Shown piece after piece: positions 50,956 through 60,903 of a DNA stretch of 64,000 bases. The translations under genes were made by a program, and so were the position numbers. The DNA comes from Alphaproteobacteria bacterium (GTDB lineage Bacteria; Pseudomonadota; Alphaproteobacteria; MPNO01). Where the stretch lies: NCBI GenBank assembly GCA_965248835.1, contig CBDFLJ010000001.1, positions 32,001-96,000 on the forward strand, given 5' to 3'. Below the pieces are notes generated by a model. That model saw only the letters and a list, made by a program, of their open reading frames with translations. It was not told the origin of the DNA and ran no database searches. Every line of letters starts with the position of its first letter. Position 1 is the first letter of the stretch.

Positions 50956-51669
50956 AGTTCGAAGATCGCATAGAAATTGACCGCGGCAAGCACGAAGTGG
51001 GCGATCAGCGCAAGCTCGCCCCGGCCGAAGGGCGGCAGGAGCCAGTCGAACGTGCCGGTAGCCAGGGTGACGGGCAGGGACAGGATCGCACCGGCAAACA
51101 ACGTTCCGCAGGACAGCGTCAGCGAATCCACGCCGTCGGGCCGTGCGTGCTCGGACAGCGCCACATAGGCGAGCGCATGCATGAGCGGCGCGCCGAATCC
51201 GATCAGCAGCCAGACGACGAGGCCAGGATCGGGCAGGCTTGTCCGCGGCACGGCGATCAACAGCACGCCGAGAAAACCCGCCACGAGGCCGGCCGTCCGC
51301 ACCCAGGCGAAGGCTTCGATCCGAACGAAGAGGCTCATCGCGTAGGTGAAGATCGGAACGAAGGTCATCACGATCGCCATCAGCCCGACCGGGAGCCTTT
51401 CCTGGGCCGAATAGAGGAAGATGTTGCCGAGGGTGAAGCGCACCAGGCCGATCCTGAGATAGTAGCCGAGATGGGCGCGGGCGAAGACCGGCGGCCGGCG
51501 CCGTACGACGCCGACCAGATACAGGCACGACGCCGAGCCGAGGGTGAACCAGAACAGGTAATTGAGCGGATGGATCCCGCTGGCGACCCCGATCTTGATC
51601 AGCGAGTAGAATCCGCCCCACAGAACGCCGATCAGGACCAGCAGCGCCAGGGCACTAGCGGCAGGCACC

Positions 51670-52653
51670 TTAAAGTGTGATCACGATCTTGCCGATATGG
51701 GCGTCCTTGCGCATTGCGGCATAGGCATCGGCGGTCCGCTCAAGGGGGAAGCGCGCATGGATCGGCACGCCGATCCGTCCGGCGGCGACCAGCTGGCCGA
51801 GGTCGGCCTCGGCCCGGGCGACGATGTCGGCGATCTCCTCGTCCGAACGGGTCCGGAAGGTCACCCCGATATAGTCGATGCGTCTGAGCGCGTGCAGGTC
51901 GAAATCGAAGTCCCCGGTCATCCCGCCGAGCCGGCCGACATTGACGATCCGCCCGCAGATCGCCGCGGCCCGCATCGAGGCCCCGACCGTGGCGCCGGAG
52001 ACCATGTCGACGATCAGATCGACACCCTTGCCGTCGGTCAGCGCGTGGATTTTCTCCGGCCAGTCGGCGGCGGAAATATTGACGCCTTGATCCGCGCCGT
52101 GCCCGGCAAGCGCCGCCAACCGCTCATCGGAACGCGAAGCGGCGATCACCAGCCCTGCGCCCTTTGCCTTGGCGATCTGCAGGCCCAGGATGCCTACCCC
52201 GGAGCCCGCGCCCTGGATCAGCACCGCCTCGCCCGGTACCAGCCTGCCGTTGGTCACGATTGCATCGTGCATGGTCAGAAGCGCCGTGGGATAGCTCGCG
52301 GCGGTCTGCCAATCCATGCCCTCGGGCACACGCAGTACATGGCGCGCATCGACGACCATGAACTCGGCGAACGCCGAAGCGCCGAACCCCATCACGCGCG
52401 CGCCCATCGAGGGCGTCGTGACGCCTTCGCCGAGCCCGGCGACCTCGCCGGCAAACTCGTTGCCCGCAACCGGCGGACCGGACGCTCCGGTTTCGCTCCT
52501 GTGCCGCGCGTTCATCAACAGGTCCGCCCTGTTGAGCCCCGCCGCGCGAACCCTCACGAGAACCTGCCCGGGCGCCGCCACCGGTGCCGCCAGTTCGCTC
52601 ACGACCTCCAGCCGCCGCTGTTTCCCGGCCCCCGCAACGATCACCGCGCGCAT
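51670..52653 (-). CDS. NAD(P)H:quinone oxidoreductase / MDR family
   Basis: AAGLNRAD, GNEFAG, QGAGSGVG, HIGKIV. Confidence 0.88.
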   Translation of the reverse strand: MRAVIVAGAGKQRRLEVVSELAAPVAAPGQVLVRVRAAGLNRADLLMNARHRSETGASGPPVAGNEFAGEVAGLGEGVTTPSMGARVMGFGASAFAEFMVVDARHVLRVPEGMDWQTAASYPTALLTMHDAIVTNGRLVPGEAVLIQGAGSGVGILGLQIAKAKGAGLVIAASRSDERLAALAGHGADQGVNISAADWPEKIHALTDGKGVDLIVDMVSGATVGASMRAAAICGRIVNVGRLGGMTGDFDFDLHALRRIDYIGVTFRTRSDEEIADIVARAEADLGQLVAAGRIGVPIHARFPLERTADAYAAMRKDAHIGKIVITL

Positions 52654-52768
52654 GCCACCATCCCTGGATTCCGTCGTTCCAGCCGCGCACCCGTACCGGC
52701 TGGGCCGCGCAGGCGCAACATGGAACTTTGGTGGGGAGGGGGCGGCGGGAGGGCCCTGTTCAACCGGC

Positions 52769-53740
<972 letters not shown>

Positions 53741-53743
53741 GGT

Positions 53744-54673
53744 CTAGATACGCTTGGCCAGGGGATGACGCGCCCGCACCAGCGCGCTCGGACGATCATC
53801 GGCAAGATGGGTGTAGATCTGGGTCGTCGCGAGGTCGGAATGGCCGAGCATGCGCTGCACACTCCGGAGGTCGGCGTCCCGGGCGAGCAGGTGGGTTGCG
53901 AATGCGTGGCGCAACACATGTGGGCTCACCCGTGCGGGGTCAAGCCCACAATCGCATGCCAGCGCCTTGAGCTCGCGGGCGAAATGCGCACGGCCCAGGT
54001 GGCCGCTCCGGCCCCGCGAGGGGAACAGGAAGGGCGATGCCGCGCCGCCGGCAAGCGTGCTTGCGCGCACCGGCATCCAGGCCTGCAAGGCGGCCCGCGC
54101 GGGCGCGCCGATCGGCACCAGACGCTCTTTCGCGCCCTTGCCGCGCACGCGCAGGATGCCGCGCTCGCCGCTGAACGCGCCCAGCGGCAGCGAGACCAGC
54201 TCGCTGACCCGCAACCCGGCGGCGTAGAGCACTTCGAGCATCGCGGTCAGGCGCACACCACGGGCATCGCTGCGGGCCCGCGCGGCCGCCATCAGCGCCG
54301 CGACCTCGGACTCGCTCAAGACCCCGGGAAGGCTCCGGCCGCGCCGCGGCGGATCGATCCCCAACGCCGGATTGTCCGCGCGCAGGCCCTCGGCGAGGAG
54401 AAAGAAAAAGAGCTGACCCAGTGCGGAAAGCCGGCGCGCGGCGCTGCGCGGCTCCAGGCCTCGTTCGGCGAGGCTGGCCAGATAGGCGCGGATGTCCGCC
54501 GCATCGGCTTTGATCAGTCCGGCATTGCCGGTGCGTTGGCGCAGGAACCGGGCAAAATCGGTGACGTCGCGGCGATAGGCCGCGATCGTGTTGAGTGCCG
54601 CGCCGCGCTCGGCCGCCATCATCTCGAGGAAAGCGTCCAGGTGGCGGGAATTGGCGTCGTCGGCTTCAGCCAT
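53744..54673 (-). CDS. xerD: Site-specific tyrosine recombinase XerD
   Basis: GLRVSEL, GKGAKER, HVLRHAFATHLL, LGH..TTQIYTH. Adjacent to accA. Confidence 0.92.
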   Translation of the reverse strand: MAEADDANSRHLDAFLEMMAAERGAALNTIAAYRRDVTDFARFLRQRTGNAGLIKADAADIRAYLASLAERGLEPRSAARRLSALGQLFFFLLAEGLRADNPALGIDPPRRGRSLPGVLSESEVAALMAAARARSDARGVRLTAMLEVLYAAGLRVSELVSLPLGAFSGERGILRVRGKGAKERLVPIGAPARAALQAWMPVRASTLAGGAASPFLFPSRGRSGHLGRAHFARELKALACDCGLDPARVSPHVLRHAFATHLLARDADLRSVQRMLGHSDLATTQIYTHLADDRPSALVRARHPLAKRI

Positions 54674-56571
54674 CACAGCCCATTGGCAACGGCCGCTTCC
54701 AGCGCCAGCGCGTGCGCTTCCTGCGCCAGCCCGACGCGGCGAAGCCCGTCGATCGCCGCGCCGACCGTCGCGGCATCGGCGCGGCCGTCCTGCGAATCGA
54801 CCAGCCCGAGCAAGGCAATCAGCACCGTCTCGCCGAGCCTGCCGGCGCCGGCGGCCTCCGCCAGCGCGTTCTTCCAGGCGATATCGGGGCCGGTTCCTCG
54901 GGGCGCCGACCCCGCAGCGGCGAGAAGCCCCGCCCAGAGTCCCGGCTCGGTGCTGCCGCCCTGGGCCTCCAGGAGCGACATCAGCAGGATCGCCTTCTCG
55001 CGGCCTTCGGCAGTGTCGTTCGCCTGAACGGCGTGCAGCCATGCGGTGAACGGGGCGGGCTCGACCGCCGGCGGCGCGCCCGGCGGGACCACGAACCGCC
55101 CAATGCCCCACAGCCGGGTCATCGCCTCGCGCGCCTGATCGCTGTCGGCCCCAGCGAGGTCCAGCCAGACCCGAGCGCGGTCGATGTCGCCGGCGGACAG
55201 CAGCGCCAGCACGGCGTCGCGGGCAAACCACAACAGGTCCGGCTCGGGCCGCATGGTCTTCAGCAGCGGCACGCTGGCCCCCAGCAGGACGTCCGAGCCG
55301 CCCTTCTCGCGGGCAAGGTCGTAGGCCTGGCGCAGCAGCTCCGCCTTGGCCTTGCCGTCGCCGGCGGCCCGTGCGCTGCGCAGCAGCAGGGCGCGGCCGC
55401 GCGGGCCCCAGTCGGCCTCTGCCGAAGTCATCGGTTCGGCCATCGAGTCCGCATCGAACGGCACGGCGTTGTAAAGCTCACCCAAGGTTTCGGCATCGAT
55501 CGCGCCGTAGCCGTAGGCCCGTTCGGCCGCGATCAGGCGGAGCTCGAGGTCCGCATTGGGGCTGTCGACCACCCCGCGCAGCACTGCCGGCCGGTCGGAG
55601 CTCAGGACATCGGCGGGGAGCCGGGCGTTCGCCGCCCGCATCATCGCCAGATCCAGACCGGACGGGTCGGGCAAGCTCTTGACGTCGGCTTCCTCGCCGC
55701 CGGCCAGCGCCTCCATCAGCGTAAAGAACACCTCCGTGTCGTTCCCGCCGCGCTCGCGCAGGATGTCGACCACGATACCGGCTCGCAGGCGGTCGCCCGA
55801 CAGCGTCAGACAGAACGCGCGGGCGTGCTGCCAGTAGCTCTCTTTGAACTGGCGCGCATGGCGGCGCACTCTCTGACACGCCCCGGCGTTATCGTTGTGC
55901 AGGAACAACGCCTCGACCGCCGCCCGCGCGATGCCCTGGTCAGTCTGATCGACCGAGGCCAAAGAGGCGAGCTGGCTTGCCGCGACGATCTCGCCCAGCG
56001 CAACCAGCCGCTCGACCCGCAAGCCCAGCATGTTGGCGCCGTTGGACGGTCCGCCCGGCGCCTCGGCGCGGCTGGTCAGCAGCCGGACCGCCAGTTCGCG
56101 CGCCGCGCGCGAGGACATCTTGATCGGCACGCGGGGCAGCAGGGTCTCGACCAGGGCGCGTTTCGTGCCGCGCCACAGCGAGACGCCGAGACCGCCCTCG
56201 GTCTGGCCGATCAGCCCGACCGACGCCGGGTCCGGCGCGGTCAGGGTCACGACGTCGACCCCAGGCCTGGCGCGGCCGCCCGGTGCCGGCGCTTCGGTTG
56301 GGGCAAGCGCCGACGGCGGTTGCGGGGTCTGGCGGGTCGACACCGAAGGCCGTTGCGGCGCGGTCTCGGAATCGGTGGGGGGCGATGCGGCCGATCCGGG
56401 CAGAGGAGTAAGCCGGACCGGCGGTGCCAATTGCCTGGGCGAATCGGTCTGGGCGATCTGGATGCTGCCGGCCTGTGCGGCGGTCGCGGCGAGCATTGCC
56501 AGCAACCCGGCCAGCAACGCCCGGACGACGGCGGTGCGTTTGCCGGGCACCCTAGCGCGGCAACTGGTCAT
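54673..56571 (-). CDS. Hypothetical exported protein upstream of xerD
   Basis: Signal-like segment (LLAMLAATAAQA), Pro-rich linker, GGLGVSLWRG and ALEA motifs. Stop overlaps the xerD start. Start uncertain. Confidence 0.75.
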   Translation of the reverse strand: MTSCRARVPGKRTAVVRALLAGLLAMLAATAAQAGSIQIAQTDSPRQLAPPVRLTPLPGSAASPPTDSETAPQRPSVSTRQTPQPPSALAPTEAPAPGGRARPGVDVVTLTAPDPASVGLIGQTEGGLGVSLWRGTKRALVETLLPRVPIKMSSRAARELAVRLLTSRAEAPGGPSNGANMLGLRVERLVALGEIVAASQLASLASVDQTDQGIARAAVEALFLHNDNAGACQRVRRHARQFKESYWQHARAFCLTLSGDRLRAGIVVDILRERGGNDTEVFFTLMEALAGGEEADVKSLPDPSGLDLAMMRAANARLPADVLSSDRPAVLRGVVDSPNADLELRLIAAERAYGYGAIDAETLGELYNAVPFDADSMAEPMTSAEADWGPRGRALLLRSARAAGDGKAKAELLRQAYDLAREKGGSDVLLGASVPLLKTMRPEPDLLWFARDAVLALLSAGDIDRARVWLDLAGADSDQAREAMTRLWGIGRFVVPPGAPPAVEPAPFTAWLHAVQANDTAEGREKAILLMSLLEAQGGSTEPGLWAGLLAAAGSAPRGTGPDIAWKNALAEAAGAGRLGETVLIALLGLVDSQDGRADAATVGAAIDGLRRVGLAQEAHALALEAAVANGL

Positions 56572-56689
56572 CGGGGATGACCTTCTCGACATTGCGGGTC
56601 GGCGGCGGCATCTCGACGGAGGCGACAAGGACCGCACCGCCTGCCACCGCTACCGCAACGCACAATATGATGGTTGAAACTCTGCGCAT
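56552..56689 (-). CDS. 45-aa single-TM small protein (absent from the ORF track)
   Basis: Hand translation: MRRVSTIILCVAVAVAGGAVLVASVEMPPPTRNVEKVIPDDQLPR*. Confidence 0.7.
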   Translation of the reverse strand: MRRVSTIILCVAVAVAGGAVLVASVEMPPPTRNVEKVIPDDQLPR

Positions 56690-56870
56690 CTATGGCCTTG
56701 CTCTTCATGGAAATATCGAAGACATCCCCGTGCATGTCGCTGACCGGGTTGCTCCGGTGCCGTGGTTTCCTCCTGGATTTCCGCGACATCAAGTCCGTTT
56801 CATTCTATATTTGGTTGATAATGCGTGACTATGGCAATTTTGCGGCGCCAGACTCGGGGGGCTCGGTCGC

Positions 56871-57455
56871 GTGGCGTTGAACGCACCCTCGGACGCCGCC
56901 AAGACCGGTGCGATCGGCAAGACCATCGTCCTGGTCGGGCTTATGGGAGCCGGCAAGAGCTGCATCGGCCGCGAGCTTGCCCGCCTCTACGGCCTGTCGT
57001 TCAGCGATGCCGATGCCGAGATCGAACTGGCCGCCGGCTGCTCGATCGAAGACATTTTCGAGCGGTACGGCGAAGAGGAGTTCCGCAACGGCGAGCGGCG
57101 GGTGATCGCCCGTCTGCTCGAACAGCCGGTCCAGGTGCTCGCGGCCGGCGGCGGCGCGTTCATGGATGCCCGGACGCGCGATCGGATCCGCGCGCGGGCG
57201 ATCTCGGTCTGGCTGCGCGCCGATATCGAGCTCCTGCTGCAGCGGGTCGGAAGGCGCGGCAACCGTCCGCTGCTGAAGGCGGGCGGGCCGCGCAAGGTCC
57301 TGGAGCGGTTGGTCGCGGAACGCCATCCGGTCTACGCCGAGGCGGACATCACCGTGGAGACCACCCACGAGGCGCCGGCGGCCACGGTCGCGCGCGTCGA
57401 CCAGGCGATCCGGGCCCATCTCGCCGAACGGGCGCTGCAGGACGCCGGGCCATGA
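56871..57455 (+). CDS. aroK: Shikimate kinase
   Basis: GLMGAGKS, GEEEFR, GGGAF, RPLL. Confidence 0.95.
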   Translation: MALNAPSDAAKTGAIGKTIVLVGLMGAGKSCIGRELARLYGLSFSDADAEIELAAGCSIEDIFERYGEEEFRNGERRVIARLLEQPVQVLAAGGGAFMDARTRDRIRARAISVWLRADIELLLQRVGRRGNRPLLKAGGPRKVLERLVAERHPVYAEADITVETTHEAPAATVARVDQAIRAHLAERALQDAGP

Positions 57456-58561
57456 CAGAGACCGTTCGGGTCGCGCTCGGCGAGCGGTCCTACGATATCC
57501 TGGTGGGCGAGGCTCTGATCGAGGACGCCGGCAGCTATCTGGCACCGATCCTTCACGGCGCGCGGGCGTTCGTCGTCACCGACGAGACCGTCGCCGGCCT
57601 GCACCTGGCCCGGCTGGAGGCCGCCCTGGTCCGCGCCGGGCTCGACCACCGAACCATCGTCCTGCCGACCGGCGAGGCGACCAAGGGCTTCGCCCATCTC
57701 GAGCGGCTGATCGGCGCGATCCTCGACCACCGCCCGGAACGCGGATCGGTGGTGGTCGCGCTGGGCGGCGGGGTGATCGGCGATATCGCCGGGGTCGCCG
57801 CCAGCCTGGTGCTGCGCGGCATCGGCCTGGTGCAGATCCCGACCACGCTGTTGTCGCAGGTCGATAGCGCCGTCGGCGGCAAGACCGCGATCAATACCGC
57901 GCACGGCAAGAATCTGGTCGGTGCTTTCTACCAGCCGCGGCTGGTCCTTGCCGATATCGGCGCCCTGGACACGCTCGCACGGCGCGAGCGCCTCGCCGGC
58001 TATGCCGAGATCGTCAAGTACGGGCTGATCGACGATCCGGAATTTTTCGGGTGGCTGGAGCGCTGCGGCGCCGGGGTGATCGACGGCGACCGGGATGCCC
58101 GCCGGCAGGCCGTCGTCCGGAGCTGCGCGGCCAAGGCAAGGATTGTCGCCGGCGACGAGCGCGAACAAGGCGCGCGTGCGCTGCTCAATCTCGGCCACAC
58201 CTTCGGCCATGCCCTCGAAGCGGCAGCCGGATACGGCCAGGCGCTGCTCCACGGCGAGGCGGTCGCCGTCGGCATGGTGATGGCCTTCGAGCTTTCCGCG
58301 ACGCTCGGGCTGTGCGGCGCCGATGTGCCCGACCGCGTCCGCCGGCACCTGAAATCCGTCGGCCTGCCCACCGGACCCGGCGACATCGGCGCCCCGCTCG
58401 GCACCGCCCAGGAGGTCCTGGGCTTCATGCGCCAGGATAAAAAGGTCCGCGAGGGTCGGATCACACTGGTCCTCGCCCGCGGCATCGGCCAGGCATTCGT
58501 GACCGGCGACGTCCAACCGCAAGCGGTCGAGGCGCTGCTCGCGCGCGCGCTGGCCGCCTGA
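57452..58561 (+). CDS. aroB: 3-dehydroquinate synthase
   Basis: LGGGVIGD, PTTLLSQVDSAVGGKT, LNLGHTFGHA, LHGEAV. Confidence 0.96.
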   Translation: MTETVRVALGERSYDILVGEALIEDAGSYLAPILHGARAFVVTDETVAGLHLARLEAALVRAGLDHRTIVLPTGEATKGFAHLERLIGAILDHRPERGSVVVALGGGVIGDIAGVAASLVLRGIGLVQIPTTLLSQVDSAVGGKTAINTAHGKNLVGAFYQPRLVLADIGALDTLARRERLAGYAEIVKYGLIDDPEFFGWLERCGAGVIDGDRDARRQAVVRSCAAKARIVAGDEREQGARALLNLGHTFGHALEAAAGYGQALLHGEAVAVGMVMAFELSATLGLCGADVPDRVRRHLKSVGLPTGPGDIGAPLGTAQEVLGFMRQDKKVREGRITLVLARGIGQAFVTGDVQPQAVEALLARALAA

Positions 58562-58576
58562 TCCGCCGCCCGACGG

Positions 58577-58624
58577 ACAACCAACCACCGCAACAACCAA
58601 CCACCGCAACAACCAACCACCGCA
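58577..58624. repeat. Perfect tandem repeat, 3 x ACAACCAACCACCGCA (16 bp)
   Basis: Copies at 58577-58592, 58593-58608 and 58609-58624. Confidence 0.95.
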
Positions 58625-58639
58625 TCCGGATAGCACGCC

Positions 58640-59950
58640 ATGACGACGGCAATGATCGCAACGCTCGGGGCAATCGCCGTGCTGTTGCTGTTATCGGCCT
58701 TCTTCTCGGGCTCGGAGACGGCTCTGACCGCAGTCTCCCGCCCGCGCATGCACCAGCTCGAGCGCAAGGGCGATCCCCGCGCGGGGATCGTCAACCGGCT
58801 GCGCGAGCGCAAGGATCGGATGATCGGTGCCATCCTGCTGGGCAACAACCTGGTCAACATCCTCGCCTCGGCGCTCGCGACCAGCGTGCTGATCTCGCTC
58901 ACCGGCGAGGCAGGGGTAGCCTACGCGACCATCGCCATGACGCTTCTGGTGCTGGTTTTCGGCGAGATCATGCCCAAGACCTATGCCCTTCGGAACCCCG
59001 ACCGCGTCGCCTTGGCGCTGGCGCCGGTCTTCCGCGCCCTGGTCGCGGTCCTGGGGCCTGTCGCCGACGGCATCCAGGTGGTGACCCGGCTCATCCTGAC
59101 CTCGCTCGGCCTTTACTCGCGCGGGGAGGAGGAGCGCAGCCGCGCGCTGGAGGAGTTGCGCGGGGCGATCGAGCTTCATTCCGGCGAGGAGACCGCGCCG
59201 CACGAGCGCGCGATGCTGCGCAGCATCCTCGATCTCGACGATGTCGAAGTCGAGATGGTCATGCGCCACCGCAAGGACGTGGTCGCGCTGGACGCCGATC
59301 TGCCGGTTTCCACGATCGTCGACGAGGCGCTGCGCAGCCCCTATACGCGGATCCCGCTCTGGCGCGGCCAGGCGGACAACATCGTCGGCGTCCTGCACGC
59401 CAAGGAGCTCGCGCGTGCGGTCCGCGCCCACGAGGGCGACCTGGACGCGCTGGAAATCGACCGGATCACCACGGATCCCTGGTTCGTGCCTGAATCGACG
59501 ACGCTGTTCGACCAGCTCCAGGCGTTCCGCCGCAGGCACGAGCATTTCGCGCTGGTCGTCGACGAGTACGGCTCGCTGATGGGCATCATCACGCTGGAGG
59601 ACGTCATCGAGGAGATCGTCGGCGACATCGCCGATGAGCACGACGTTGTCCCGGTCGGCGTCAGTCCGCAGCGCGACGGCGCATACCTGATCGAAGGCGA
59701 CGTGACGGTGCGCGATCTCAACCGGCAGTTCGAATGGACCCTGCCCGACCAGGAAGCCGCGACCATCGCCGGGTTGATCATCCACGAGGCCAAGATCATC
59801 CCGGAGGTCGGTCAGATGTTCGTCTTCCACGGGTTCCGGTTCGAGATCGTGCGCCGGCAGCGCAATCAGATCACCCTGATCCGGGTCGCCCCGCCCGGCA
59901 GCACCCCGGTCGAGACCGGCGCGCCGACCGCGCCGGGCCGGACCCGATAG
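58640..59950 (+). CDS. HlyC/CorC (CNNM) family transporter
   Basis: SAFFSGSETA, GEIMPK, CBS pair, VVDEYG..TLEDVIEEIVG, CorC domain. Confidence 0.93.
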   Translation: MTTAMIATLGAIAVLLLLSAFFSGSETALTAVSRPRMHQLERKGDPRAGIVNRLRERKDRMIGAILLGNNLVNILASALATSVLISLTGEAGVAYATIAMTLLVLVFGEIMPKTYALRNPDRVALALAPVFRALVAVLGPVADGIQVVTRLILTSLGLYSRGEEERSRALEELRGAIELHSGEETAPHERAMLRSILDLDDVEVEMVMRHRKDVVALDADLPVSTIVDEALRSPYTRIPLWRGQADNIVGVLHAKELARAVRAHEGDLDALEIDRITTDPWFVPESTTLFDQLQAFRRRHEHFALVVDEYGSLMGIITLEDVIEEIVGDIADEHDVVPVGVSPQRDGAYLIEGDVTVRDLNRQFEWTLPDQEAATIAGLIIHEAKIIPEVGQMFVFHGFRFEIVRRQRNQITLIRVAPPGSTPVETGAPTAPGRTR

Positions 59951-60000
59951 CGCATGTTCAGGACAGGCTCTCGGCCAGGCCGGGGGGCCGTGCGGCAGCG

Positions 60001-60899
60001 ATGAGCCCGGCCGGTGGGGATCGGGACCGGGTTGCGCTGATCGCGCTGTTCGCCGGTGCCGGCGCGATCGCATTCGCGCCGATCTTCGTGCGCTTGAGCG
60101 AGCTGGAGCCGACCGCGACCGCGTTCTACCGCTTCCTTTTCGCGATCCCGTTCCTGTGGCTGTGGCGCGGCGCCGAGCGCCGTGGCGCGGCCGAGACGCC
60201 GATCCGGGCGCACGGCTTGCGTGCGCGGGCACCGCTGTTCCTGGCGGGGCTGTTCTTTGCCGGCGACTTGGGGTTCTGGCACTGGTCGATCGCCCATACC
60301 TCGGTCGCCAATGCGACGCTGCTGGCCAACACCGCGCCGGTCTCGTGGCGATCACCGGCTGGCTGGTGTTCGCACAAAAAGCGCGGCCGCCGTTCCTGCT
60401 CGGATTGGCGATGGCGATGGCCGGCGCCGCGGTTCTGATGCGCACCAGCGCCGCCTCGGGCGAGACCCGCCTCCTGGGCGACCTCCTGGGCGTGATCACC
60501 GGCGTCTTCTACGCCGCCTATCTGATGACCGTCGAGCGGCTGCGCGCACGGTATTCGACCGCTACCATCATGGCTCATGCGGTACCGGTGAGCGCCGCGG
60601 TCATGCTTGTTGCGAGCCTCGCCTTCGGCGAGGCGATGGCAGCAACGACGCTCGCCGGCTGGGCGGTCCTGCTGGGCGTGGCCGTGATCCCCCAGGTGCT
60701 CGGGCAGAGCCTGATCGCCTTCGGGCTCGCGCGTCTGCCGGTGGCCTTCGCCTCGGTGAGCCTCCTGGTCCAGCCGGTGATCGCGGCCTGCCTTGCCTGG
60801 GTGCTGCTGAGCGAGGCGATCGGCCCCGTCCAGGGGCTCGGCGCGGCGGCAGTGCTCGCGGGCATCGCCATCGCCCACCGCGCCGGCAGGACGGGCTAG
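60001..60899 (+). pseudogene. EamA/DMT transporter with a 1-bp deletion near 60343 (or a sequencing indel)
   Basis: First half ends ...SVANATLLANTAPV and the second half VAITGWLVF... continues in another frame. The sequence reads GTC TC GTG where a full codon is expected. Confidence 0.8.
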
Positions 60900-60903
60900 A
60901 CCG

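Larger units (their letters stand above)
49476..51668 (-). pseudogene. EamA/DMT transporter interrupted by an IS5-family element
   Basis: Removing 49664-50955 plus one AGTT restores a continuous hydrophobic frame ...NFYAIFEL|IRIAGPVYMSQSLFLSVGFAVVLGMIVFGE...VTPPRG*. Confidence 0.9.

Noticed and set aside
53744-54673. Phage or island integrase
   Set aside because: The accA-xerD-aroK-aroB context is the standard chromosomal xerD locus, with no att sites or phage genes.
58577-58624. CRISPR array
   Set aside because: The 16-bp units are contiguous with no spacers, and no cas genes are present.
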